From NCBI GenBank assembly GCA_964627215.1, contig CAZVIZ010000001.1:145395-209394 (forward strand): 64,000 nucleotides of DNA, read 5' to 3'. The first letter of the stretch is position 1. Each line of letters begins with the position of its first letter. The notes beneath the pieces were generated by a model. That model ran no database searches and was not told the DNA's origin. It saw nothing but the letters and a program-made list of their open reading frames with translations. This document shows, one piece after another, positions 36,796 through 45,356 of the stretch. The stretch comes from an uncultured Dehalococcoidales bacterium (lineage in GTDB: Bacteria > Chloroflexota > Dehalococcoidia > Dehalococcoidales > E44-bin46). The position numbers were made by a program, and so were the translations under genes.

Positions 36796-37766
36796 TTGCC
36801 GCCTTTCTCGTCTAAGCTGTCCCGGATTTTCCGCCAAAGCTCGTGGAATTCATCTTTCCACTGAGGCATTCCCTCCACCAGGGGTACGCCGCGGGAATAA
36901 AACCTGGCGATTTCGCTATCCAGGGGTATCCTGAGCAGTACGTCTATCCCCTTACCGCGGCAATAGTCCTCAACTCCCATGTCCCCCACTCCGTCGCGGT
37001 TTATGACCACGCCGTGGGGTATACCGAGCTTGATAAGCATTTCCACAGCTAGTGCGAGGTCGTTCAGGCCGAATGGTGTGGGCTCGGTTACCAGCAGGCA
37101 GAAGTCGGTGTCCTTTACGGCCTCAACCACGGGGCAGGATGTGCCCGGAGAGGCGTCTATGATATTTACCCCCTGGGGGGAGGCATGGTTCTTGGTCTCC
37201 TTGATGATGTGGGGGGCGGCCACCTCACCGATGGTGAGCCGGCCCTGTACCAGGGCTAATCCGTCCCGGTTTGCGAACTCCAGCACCCCTACCTCTCTCC
37301 CCACCTCTGATATAGCCTTGGGGGGGCATAGGTATGAGCACGCTCCGCAACCGTGGCAAAGTTCCGGGAAGACGAGAACCCTGTCTCTCACCACAGCGAT
37401 GGCGTTGTAGGCGCATGCCTCGGCGCAGTCGCCGCAGTGGTTGCAGAGGCTCTCGTCTATTTGGGGGGTGGGGAGCAAAACGGGCCTGGTTTCCTTTATG
37501 GGCAACTTTAGGAGCACATTAGCATTAGGCTCCTCCACGTCGCAGTCAAGCACTGTTCCCGTCTCAGCGTCCTCTATGGATAGAGCCAAACTGGTGGCCA
37601 CCAGCGTCTTGCCTGTGCCGCCTTTGCCGCTGGCTATGGATATCGTCAGGCCCGTTCTCTTCCCATCCTGATGCCGCACCAGGCAGGGATGCCTCCCATT
37701 CTTCCCCTGCCCCTGCCGATATTGCCAGCGGGGCTTCTTTGCCCGAACATGGTTTTTACCCCCCAT
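36792..37766 (-). CDS. MinD/ParA-superfamily P-loop ATPase with inserted 4Fe-4S ferredoxin domain, paralog
   Basis: ISIASGKGGTGKT, CNHCGDCAEACAYNA and CHGCGACSYLCP. The exact start is uncertain: ATG 37766 overlaps the upstream stop, and the alternative is an internal GTG. Confidence 0.75.
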   Translation of the reverse strand: MGGKNHVRAKKPRWQYRQGQGKNGRHPCLVRHQDGKRTGLTISIASGKGGTGKTLVATSLALSIEDAETGTVLDCDVEEPNANVLLKLPIKETRPVLLPTPQIDESLCNHCGDCAEACAYNAIAVVRDRVLVFPELCHGCGACSYLCPPKAISEVGREVGVLEFANRDGLALVQGRLTIGEVAAPHIIKETKNHASPQGVNIIDASPGTSCPVVEAVKDTDFCLLVTEPTPFGLNDLALAVEMLIKLGIPHGVVINRDGVGDMGVEDYCRGKGIDVLLRIPLDSEIARFYSRGVPLVEGMPQWKDEFHELWRKIRDSLDEKGGK

Positions 37767-38310
37767 CTCTTCCCAGCTCGTCTATGCGCTGCTGGATACG
37801 CTCCATATGGCTTTTAAGCTCCTCTAGCTGTGCCTTTAGCATTTCAGCCTCCTGGGACGAGCTTATGGGTTTGCACTGCCCGTGCCTGCCCCCACCTCCG
37901 CCCTGTCCTCCGCCGCAGCCATTGCCCATTCCCATGCCAGCCCCAGCGCAGGCGCCAAAATGGCTGGCAACATTGGGCTGGGGGCTGGGCGTATGGAGGC
38001 CGGCTTTATGGCTCTTGGCAGCATCCTCAACCCTGCCGCCGACCCCGGTGAATATCTCTACGCCTGCGACGGACAGTACTTCGTGGGCATTGGGGCCGCA
38101 GTTTCCGGTCAGCACTGCCTTCACCCCCTTGTTGGCTATCATCTGTGCCGTGGAGATGCCGGCACCGCCTGCGGTCATGGCGGTGGTGTTGTCTATGGTC
38201 TCAAACTCCATTGTGTCCGGGTCTACGATGACAAAATATGGGCATCTGCCGAAGCGGTGGTCTACGTCGGCTTCCAGGCTTGGCGCCGTGGCTGAAATGG
38301 CTATCCTCAT
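37756..38310 (-). CDS. NifX/NifB-C-terminal-like (dinitrogenase FeMo-cofactor biosynthesis domain) protein with Gly-rich linker and DUF5320-like coiled coil
   Basis: MRIAISA...HFGRCPYFVIVD...GAGISTAQMIANKGVKAVLTGNCGPNA, then GMGMGNGCGGGQGGGGG, then EAEMLKAQLEELKSHMERIQQRIDEL. Confidence 0.7.
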   Translation of the reverse strand: MRIAISATAPSLEADVDHRFGRCPYFVIVDPDTMEFETIDNTTAMTAGGAGISTAQMIANKGVKAVLTGNCGPNAHEVLSVAGVEIFTGVGGRVEDAAKSHKAGLHTPSPQPNVASHFGACAGAGMGMGNGCGGGQGGGGGRHGQCKPISSSQEAEMLKAQLEELKSHMERIQQRIDELGRDGG

Positions 38311-38345
38311 TACTCTTTCCTCCTAGCGATTATTATATATGGTCC

Positions 38346-38816
38346 TTATTCGGGCCTGGTTGTCCTGCGTGTGTCCATGTGCGTCCCCTCTTCCCCTCCT
38401 GGTTGCGGCTGGATTGGTATGATATTGGGCGTCTTACACACGGGGCACTTCCTCGGGGGGGTGGTTACCATTACCTCAAAGGGGACCTCCCAGTCATGGC
38501 CGTTTATACAGCGGAAGGGGCGCTTCTGCATCTCAAAGTTGCCACCTTCAATCCTGATGGCCTTACCATTGAGCAAAGCGTCGGCCAGCTTGCCCCTGGC
38601 GCCGGTGAGCACGCGGTGGAAGGTGGGGCGGGAGATGTTCATGCGCCTGGCGCATGCCTCTTGCTCCAAACCCTCCAGGTCCTTGAGCCTTATTGCCTCT
38701 GCCTCCTCTACGGATATACATACCTCCTTGAGGACGCGCATTGGTATCCCCGCCGGCTTGAAGAAGGTTACCTCTGGTATGGAGGCCACACAACGCCGCT
38801 TAGGTATCCGACCCAT
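38346..38816 (-). CDS. DUF134 (UPF0251) putative DNA-binding protein with C-terminal Zn-ribbon-like tail
   Basis: PKRRCVASIPEVTFFKPAGIP...EAIRLKDLEGLEQEACARRMNISRPTFHRVL, with C-terminal C..H...CPVC. Confidence 0.75.
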   Translation of the reverse strand: MGRIPKRRCVASIPEVTFFKPAGIPMRVLKEVCISVEEAEAIRLKDLEGLEQEACARRMNISRPTFHRVLTGARGKLADALLNGKAIRIEGGNFEMQKRPFRCINGHDWEVPFEVMVTTPPRKCPVCKTPNIIPIQPQPGGEEGTHMDTRRTTRPE

Positions 38817-38846
38817 CTTCCTGTATAAACCCCTCTCGGTATTTTT

Positions 38847-38882
38847 ACATAGGTTCGCAAAAATACTATAATGAACCTATGT
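38847..38882. promoter_or_regulatory. 10-16-10 perfect palindrome ACATAGGTTC...GAACCTATGT upstream of the DUF134 operon (operator candidate)
   Basis: Read directly. It lies 31-66 bp upstream of the DUF134 start, and the spacer contains TATAAT (plus strand) / TATAGT (minus strand). Confidence 0.45.
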
Positions 38883-39029
38883 CCAGAATAATGATACCAT
38901 CGGCTGCGGCCTGAGTCAAGGCTTGATTAGCGTTCCTTGAACATATGACGGGTTGTTTTTGGATTTGCCTTAAAATAGGCCTTGCGAAAGGTGATTCTGA
39001 TGGTAGAATGTTAGTAGGGCCTTTAAGCT

Positions 39030-39719
39030 ATGGACAGTAAAAAAATCCTCCTCGTGGAAGACGACCGTAACCTGCTGCATGTCCTGGACTATAATCTGAC
39101 CAGAGAGGGCTATAACGTTATTACGGCTGTGGATGGCGTGGCGGCTCTGGATATGGCCAGGGAGCAGCGGCCGGTACTGATTATCCTGGACCTCATGTTG
39201 CCCGGCCTGGACGGCTTTGAAGTATGCCGCATCCTGCGTAAGGAGATGAGCACCCCCATACTGATGCTCACTGCCAAGGACGAGGAGGTGGATAAGATAG
39301 TTGGCCTGGAGATAGGGGCCGACGACTACATGACCAAGCCTTTCAGCATGCGGGAGCTTCTTGCCCGCGTGCGAGCCATGCTCCGCCGCGTGGGCATGAT
39401 TGAGCCTTCCCGTGAGGATATGCCCCTTTGCTTGGGCAACCTTGAGATAGACACCTCGCGCCGCATCGTCACCGTGGACGGGCGCTCACTTAAGATGACC
39501 GCCAAGGAGTTCGACGTGCTTGCCTTCTTGGCCCGTAATAAGGGCATCGTCTTCAGCCGCCAGCGGCTGTTAGAGAAGGTGTGGGGCTACGAGTATGCCG
39601 GCAATACCCGCACCGTGGATGTCCACATTCGCCGCCTCAGGCAGAAGATAGAGGCCAGCCCTGGCCGGCCGAAGCGCCTGCTCACTGTGCGGGGGGTGGG
39701 ATACAAGCTGGAGGAATGA
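39030..39719 (+). CDS. OmpR/PhoB-family response regulator
   Basis: The receiver domain LLVEDD...DLMLPGLDG and the winged-helix C-terminus [14 protein letters not shown]...TVRGVGYKL are both present. Confidence 0.9.
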   Translation: MDSKKILLVEDDRNLLHVLDYNLTREGYNVITAVDGVAALDMAREQRPVLIILDLMLPGLDGFEVCRILRKEMSTPILMLTAKDEEVDKIVGLEIGADDYMTKPFSMRELLARVRAMLRRVGMIEPSREDMPLCLGNLEIDTSRRIVTVDGRSLKMTAKEFDVLAFLARNKGIVFSRQRLLEKVWGYEYAGNTRTVDVHIRRLRQKIEASPGRPKRLLTVRGVGYKLEE

Positions 39720-41098
39720 GTTTGGTGCTAGGTGTTCGGTGGCGTATAGCTCTGCCTATAATGGCGCTCATTTTGGGCAGCCTGGGCGGCCTGGGATACT
39801 ATATCCTGGGTTATCTCAGGGACGCTCAGGCCACCGATGGGGTGGTGAGGGCGGTGGGGATAGCCATTGCCATTGCGGCCTCGCTGGCGGTGTGGGTTGT
39901 GCTGTATATAACCAGGATGATCAACCGTCCCCTGCATGAGATAACCACCGCAGCGCGCAAGATATCCCTGGGTGACTTCAGCCAGCGCCTGCCTGTGGAG
40001 AGGCAGGACGGTTTGGGGGAGCTGGCCCGTACCTTTAATGAGATGTCCCAGAGTATGAAGTATACCCTAACCGCCATATCCGAGGAGCGCGGCAAACTTT
40101 CTACCATACTGGCCAACCTGGTGGATGGCGTGATCATGGTGGACTGGGAGGGGATGGTAGCCCTGGCCAACCCGGCGGCGGAGAACATATTTGGCTTCAA
40201 AGAGAAGTCCGCCATCGGCCGTAATGTGATAGAGGTTGTCCACGACCACGAGGTGGACGAGGTGCTCAAGGCTTCAATTGAAAAGCGCAGGGAGCAGACG
40301 GCTCAGTTTGAGTCTGGGGCCACGGGGCGCTTTCTGAGGGTTATTGTTCTGCCGCTTCTGGCCTATAATCCGGTGAGGATATTGATCCTGTTCCAGGACC
40401 TCACCGAGATGAGGTCCATGCAGACGATGCGGCGGGAGCTGGTGGGCAATATCTCCCACGAGCTCAGGACGCCCCTCACTACCATAAAGGCCATAGTGGA
40501 GACCCTTAACGACGGCGTGCTGGACGATAAGGACGTGGCTCGGGACTTTCTCCTCAAGGTGGACAGTGAGGTGGACCGCATGACGCAGATAGTGGCTGAG
40601 CTGACCGAGCTCTCCCGCATAGAGAGCGGGGAGGTGAAGCTGGACCTGGTGGAGGTGGATATGGGCGCGCTCGCCGACGACGTGGTGGTGCGCTTAAATC
40701 CGCAGGCGGAGAGGCGCAGCATAGTCCTCCACAGCGACATCTCCGACGCCATGCCGCCCGTCAAGGTGGATCGTGAGCGCATACGCGAGGTGCTGGTGAA
40801 CCTGATTCATAATGCCATCAAATTCACCCCGGAGGGGGGACGGGTGAGCGTATCGGCTAAGGAGAAGAGCAAGAAACTGGTGGTCAGCGTATCCGATAAC
40901 GGCATGGGCATAGATGAGGCCGACCTGCCCCATGTCTTCGAGCGCTTCTATAAGGCCGATAAGGCGCGGTCGGAGGATGGGACCGGAATGGGGCTGGCCA
41001 TCGCAAAGCATATCGTCCAGGCGCACGGCGGCGATATCTGTGTGGAAAGCGAGAAGGGCAAAGGCGCCGTCTTCAGCTTCAGCCTGCCGCTCAAGTAG
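39716..41098 (+). CDS. sensor histidine kinase (HAMP-PAS-HisKA-HATPase, PhoR-like)
   Basis: H-box [12 protein letters not shown]-box LIHNAIKF, G-boxes DNGMGI and [11 protein letters not shown] at 39716 overlaps the response regulator stop (ATGA). Confidence 0.85.
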   Translation: MSLVLGVRWRIALPIMALILGSLGGLGYYILGYLRDAQATDGVVRAVGIAIAIAASLAVWVVLYITRMINRPLHEITTAARKISLGDFSQRLPVERQDGLGELARTFNEMSQSMKYTLTAISEERGKLSTILANLVDGVIMVDWEGMVALANPAAENIFGFKEKSAIGRNVIEVVHDHEVDEVLKASIEKRREQTAQFESGATGRFLRVIVLPLLAYNPVRILILFQDLTEMRSMQTMRRELVGNISHELRTPLTTIKAIVETLNDGVLDDKDVARDFLLKVDSEVDRMTQIVAELTELSRIESGEVKLDLVEVDMGALADDVVVRLNPQAERRSIVLHSDISDAMPPVKVDRERIREVLVNLIHNAIKFTPEGGRVSVSAKEKSKKLVVSVSDNGMGIDEADLPHVFERFYKADKARSEDGTGMGLAIAKHIVQAHGGDICVESEKGKGAVFSFSLPLK

Positions 41099-41220
41099 CC
41101 CTTCAGCAGTCCGCCGCCCGTCCCGCGTTTTACTTCGGCATTCCATATAGGGTGGCGATTTTTTATATTTGCCGCCGCCCACGGCTTACGGCTATAATCT
41201 ATAGTGCCGTTTGAGCCGAG

Positions 41221-42039
41221 ATGGTTATGAGCAGAGATTCCTACGTTCACGGTTATTCCCCCGCCGAGGCCGCCAGGCTGGACGACCAGGCCGGCACCTT
41301 GAGCGAGCTTTTGCACCACGACTCCGTATTCCCGCCGCACAGCCGGGTGCTTGAGGTGGGGTGTGGTACCGGGGCACAGACGCATACCCTGGCCAGAATG
41401 AACCCCGCGTGCGACTTCGTCTCCGTGGATATCTCCCCCGGGTATATAGAGGCGGCGCGGGAGAGGGTGCTCAAGGCCGGTCTGGAGCACGTGGAGTTCC
41501 ATGTGGCCGATATATTCGCCCTTCCCTTTGAGGATGGGGCGTTTGACCATATCTTCCTCTGTTTCCTCCTGGAGCACCTGCCCCAACCGCGCCGGGCGTT
41601 GGAGATGCTCAAGAAGGTGCTTAAAAAGGGGGGTACTATAACCGCCATAGAGGGCGACCATGGCTCGGCTTACTATTACCCCAGGAGCACCCGTGCCCAG
41701 GCGACTATACAGTGTCTTATAGACGTGCAGGCTGCGCTGGGCGGCAATGCCCTTATCGGCAGGGAGCTGTATCCGCTTATGGCATCCGCAGGCCTCGATG
41801 AGGTGCGGGTGTCCCCTAGGATGGTTTATGCTGACGTGAGCCGTCCGCGTATGGTGGACGGTTTCACCATAAAGACCTTCATCGCTATGGTGGCGGGGGT
41901 CAGGGACCAGGCCATAGAGCGGGGTCTCATAGACGCGGAGGAGTGGGGTAGGGGTATGGCCGACCTGAACCGCACCGCAGAGGTGAATGGTACCTTCTGC
42001 TACACTTTCTTCAAGGCCGTTGGTCGTAAGTTGACATAA
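41221..42039 (+). CDS. class I SAM-dependent methyltransferase
   Basis: VLEVGCGTGAQT motif I, 272 aa. Confidence 0.75.
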   Translation: MVMSRDSYVHGYSPAEAARLDDQAGTLSELLHHDSVFPPHSRVLEVGCGTGAQTHTLARMNPACDFVSVDISPGYIEAARERVLKAGLEHVEFHVADIFALPFEDGAFDHIFLCFLLEHLPQPRRALEMLKKVLKKGGTITAIEGDHGSAYYYPRSTRAQATIQCLIDVQAALGGNALIGRELYPLMASAGLDEVRVSPRMVYADVSRPRMVDGFTIKTFIAMVAGVRDQAIERGLIDAEEWGRGMADLNRTAEVNGTFCYTFFKAVGRKLT

Positions 42040-42043
42040 TACT

Positions 42044-42802
42044 ATGGATAGAACGATTCCCCTCAATATAGACGGACTAGAGCTGTGGGCGCGGGCGTAT
42101 ATACCGCCGGGTGCTGGTCCACGCCCCGCCGTCTGTATATGCCATGGCTTGCCTGCCAGCCCTTACGACTCCGAGGACCAGGGCTATTCTATGCTGGCCC
42201 AAAGGGTGTGCCGTCGGGGGTTCGCTGTGCTGCTGTTCCACTTCCGCGGCTCAAGGGCAAGCCAGGGCAACGTGGATATGTCCGGATGGGTGAGGGATCT
42301 GAGGGCCGCCATAGGCGCTCTGAAGGCCATTCCTGAGGTGGATGGCTCGAGGCTGGCTCTGTTGGGCTTCAGCGCTGGGGCGGCGACCTCCATACGCGTG
42401 GCGGCTGAGGATACCACCGTCGCCGCCGTGGTGTCATGCGCCTCGCCCGCCAACTTCGGACTGCTGATATCCGACGCGGTTGAGGTGGATAGCTACATAG
42501 AGCGCCTGCGTGCCATCAATGCCATAAAGGACGATAGCTTCCCCCCCTCCGTGGACGATTGGATTGAGGGCTTTAAAGCGCTGGATCCATTAAAGCATAT
42601 AGCCCGGCTATCGCCCCGCCCCATACTCATCTTGCATGGTGGTGATGACGAGGTGGTGGACGTCTCCCACGCCTATAAGCTCTATGAGAGCGCGGGTGAG
42701 CCTAAGGGCCTGGTGGTGGTGAGGGGTGGGGGACATCGGCTCAAGCAAAACCCCGCAGCGATGGCCGTGGCCATAGACTGGCTGGAGGCCAAACTCCTCT
42801 AA
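42044..42802 (+). CDS. alpha/beta hydrolase (dienelactone hydrolase-like)
   Basis: GFSAG nucleophile elbow, with ILHGGDDEVV and GGGH near the C-terminus. Confidence 0.7.
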   Translation: MDRTIPLNIDGLELWARAYIPPGAGPRPAVCICHGLPASPYDSEDQGYSMLAQRVCRRGFAVLLFHFRGSRASQGNVDMSGWVRDLRAAIGALKAIPEVDGSRLALLGFSAGAATSIRVAAEDTTVAAVVSCASPANFGLLISDAVEVDSYIERLRAINAIKDDSFPPSVDDWIEGFKALDPLKHIARLSPRPILILHGGDDEVVDVSHAYKLYESAGEPKGLVVVRGGGHRLKQNPAAMAVAIDWLEAKLL

Positions 42803-42867
42803 ATTGACCGATGCCAGTCGATTGCTTTATAATTTAGTTAGAAGGGCTGTTTAAGGGGCAAATAAAG

Positions 42868-44265
42868 TTGCACGAGGCTTGTGGTGTTTGCGGTATCTAT
42901 GCTCCCCATGAGGATGTAGCCCGTCTTACCTTCTATGCCCTCTTTGCCCTTCAGCACCGTGGTCAGGAGAGTGCTGGCATCGCCACCACCGACGGCAACG
43001 ACCTTCAGGTTTATAATGATATGGGGCTTGTGTCCCAGGTCTTCTGCGAAGACTCCCTGGCACAGTTGAGTGGGGATATGGCAATCGGCCATACCCGCTA
43101 CTCTACCAAGGGATCAAGCCGCGCTTTGAACGCCCAGCCCATAGTTTTAGGTAGCGGTGCTGATACCATGGCCATAGCCCACAACGGCAACCTGATAAAT
43201 GCCGAGTACCTCTTCAGCGAGCTTTCGGATAAGGGCTACGAGTTCCGCACCACCACCGATACCGAGGTCATCGGCAATCTGATACTGTCCTGTCCTGATA
43301 AGGACTGGCTGGGCAAGATTAAACATGCCATGCATCGCCTGCAGGGGGCGTATTCCCTGGTTATACTAACCCACGATGCTATCTTTGCCGTCCGCGACCC
43401 CTTGGGGGTGCGCCCGCTTTGTATTGGTAAGATAGACGGGGGTTGGGTGGTGGCCTCCGAGAGCTGTGCCCTGGACCATATCGGGGCCAACTTCGTCAGG
43501 GAGGTGGAACCCGGCGAGATAGTTACCATCACAAGGGGCGGCATGGAGAGCTGCAGCGAAAAGATAACTCGCCGTGCCGTGTGTATATTTGAGTATATCT
43601 ACTTCGCCCGCCCCGACAGCATAATAAATGGCAAGCTGCTCTACCCCGCCCGGCAGGCAATGGGCGCCAACCTGGCCCGGCAGTATCCTGTGGACGCCGA
43701 TATGGTAATGGGCGTCCCAGACTCTGCTACCGCCGCCAGCGTGGGCTATGCCCACGAGTCGGGCATACCCCTGGGGGAGGGGTTAATTAAGAACCGCTAT
43801 GTGGGCCGCACCTTCATAGAGCCGCACCAGCGCATAAGGGATCTGGGGGTTACCTTGAAATTCAACCCGCTCTCTCAGATGCTTTCCGACAAGCGCATGG
43901 TGGTTATAGACGATAGCATAGTTCGCGGCACTACCACCCCCCAGGTAGTGGCCATGCTCAGAAAGGCGGGGGCCAAGGAGGTCCATATGCGCATCTGTGC
44001 GCCTCCTATACGCTACCCCTGCTTCTTCGGGGTGGATATGGCCAACCGCAGCGAACTTATCGCCGCACAGAAGAGCGTGGAAGATATAAGGAAGTTCATC
44101 GGCGCCGATTCCCTGGGTTATCTATCCATAGACGGTTTGGTGAATGCGGTGGGCCTGCCCAAGGAGATGTTCTGTCTAGCCTGCTTTACCGGCAGCTATC
44201 CCATACCGGTCCAGCTGGAGATGGATAAGCTGGGGCTGGAGAGCATGTCGGCGGGCCGGCGCTGA
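42868..44265 (+). CDS. purF: amidophosphoribosyltransferase
   Basis: N-terminal ACGVCGIYAP (Ntn Cys), HRGQESAGI, DDSIVRGTT, and C-terminal Cys ligands CFFG...CLACFTG. Confidence 0.95.
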   Translation: MHEACGVCGIYAPHEDVARLTFYALFALQHRGQESAGIATTDGNDLQVYNDMGLVSQVFCEDSLAQLSGDMAIGHTRYSTKGSSRALNAQPIVLGSGADTMAIAHNGNLINAEYLFSELSDKGYEFRTTTDTEVIGNLILSCPDKDWLGKIKHAMHRLQGAYSLVILTHDAIFAVRDPLGVRPLCIGKIDGGWVVASESCALDHIGANFVREVEPGEIVTITRGGMESCSEKITRRAVCIFEYIYFARPDSIINGKLLYPARQAMGANLARQYPVDADMVMGVPDSATAASVGYAHESGIPLGEGLIKNRYVGRTFIEPHQRIRDLGVTLKFNPLSQMLSDKRMVVIDDSIVRGTTTPQVVAMLRKAGAKEVHMRICAPPIRYPCFFGVDMANRSELIAAQKSVEDIRKFIGADSLGYLSIDGLVNAVGLPKEMFCLACFTGSYPIPVQLEMDKLGLESMSAGRR

Positions 44266-44305
44266 AAACCTCCGCCGCTAGGTATTACGCCAGGAGGTAA
44301 GACCA

Positions 44306-45307
44306 ATTAAGGAGACCTATGCTGGTGCTGGCGTCAATATCGACGCCGCCGGCAAAATAACGGATATCATCAAGAAGCACGCCGCTTCCACCCGCCGCCC
44401 CGAGGTCATGGGCGGCATAGGCTTCTTCGGGGGTATGTTCCGCTTTCAGGGCTATAAGAAGCCGGTGCTGGTATCCAGCGTAGATGGCGTGGGCACCAAG
44501 CTCAAGCTGGCCTCGGCGCTGGGCCGTCACGAGGGTGTGGGCATGGACATAGTGAACCACTGCGTTAACGATATCCTCACCTGCGGCGCCGCTCCACTAT
44601 TCTTCCTGGACTATATAGCCGCAGGCAGACTTGAGCCTCGGCAGGTGGAGTCCGTGGTTAAGGGGCTGTCGCTCTCTTGCCGCCAGGTGGGTTGCGCGCT
44701 AATCGGTGGGGAGACCGCCGAGATGCCGGGGCTTTACGCCGGCGGAGACTACGACCTGGCCGGCTTTATAGTAGGGGTGGTGGAGGAGGACGCTGTAATG
44801 GACGGAAGCTCTATCACCGCGGGGGATGTGGTATTGGGCCTGCCCTCGTCCGGGCTTCACACCAACGGCTATTCCCTGGTGCGGAAGATTTTCGGCGAGA
44901 CCGCCGCTGACCTCTCTGTGCGCCCCCAGGGGCTGGACAAGACCCTGGGTGAGGTGCTTTTGGAGCCGCACCGTTGTTATTATAACGAGCTTAAAGACCT
45001 GCTTGGGCAAATAAAGGGTCTGGCGCACATCACCGGCGGTGGTTTTGAGGGCAACGTGCCCCGCGTTCTCCCCGCTGGGCTTATGGTGCGCCTTGATAGT
45101 GCTGCCTGGGAGGCGCCGCCCATATTCAAGCTCATACAAGAGAAAGGCAATGTTGAACGCGACGAGATGTACCGCGTGTTCAATATGGGCATCGGCATGG
45201 CGGTCTTCTGCTCTCAATCGGATGCCGATGTGCTTAAGCGAAAACTTCCCGGTGCCGGTGTTATAGGTGAGGTGGTGGAGGGGGGCGGTGGAGTGGTCAT
45301 AGAATAA
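44306..45307 (+). CDS. purM: phosphoribosylformylglycinamidine cyclo-ligase, start reassigned to ATT at 44306
   Basis: The frame is open from the stop at 44279-44281 and encodes (I)KETYAGAGVNIDAAGK..., the conserved PurM N-terminus that the track start (44408) omits. There is no ATG, GTG or TTG in between. ATT lies 8 nt after AGGAGG. Confidence 0.8.
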   Translation: MKETYAGAGVNIDAAGKITDIIKKHAASTRRPEVMGGIGFFGGMFRFQGYKKPVLVSSVDGVGTKLKLASALGRHEGVGMDIVNHCVNDILTCGAAPLFFLDYIAAGRLEPRQVESVVKGLSLSCRQVGCALIGGETAEMPGLYAGGDYDLAGFIVGVVEEDAVMDGSSITAGDVVLGLPSSGLHTNGYSLVRKIFGETAADLSVRPQGLDKTLGEVLLEPHRCYYNELKDLLGQIKGLAHITGGGFEGNVPRVLPAGLMVRLDSAAWEAPPIFKLIQEKGNVERDEMYRVFNMGIGMAVFCSQSDADVLKRKLPGAGVIGEVVEGGGGVVIE

Positions 45308-45356
45308 GGCTATAAACGTAGCGCATTAAAAACGTCTTCATAGAGGAGTAGAGAAT

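Noticed and set aside
40948-42066. Long antisense ORFs. These are 372 aa at 40948-42066, 410 aa at 45696-46928, 415 aa at 62537-63784, 324 aa at 55761-56735, 242 aa at 12122-12850 and 215 aa at 11115-11762.
   Set aside because: Each lies fully opposite a well-supported conserved gene (methyltransferase, purH, lysA, groEL, dnaN, moaA). Their products are Arg/Pro/Gly/Ser-rich and low in complexity, and they lack ribosome-binding sites. They are typical shadow ORFs of GC-rich DNA.
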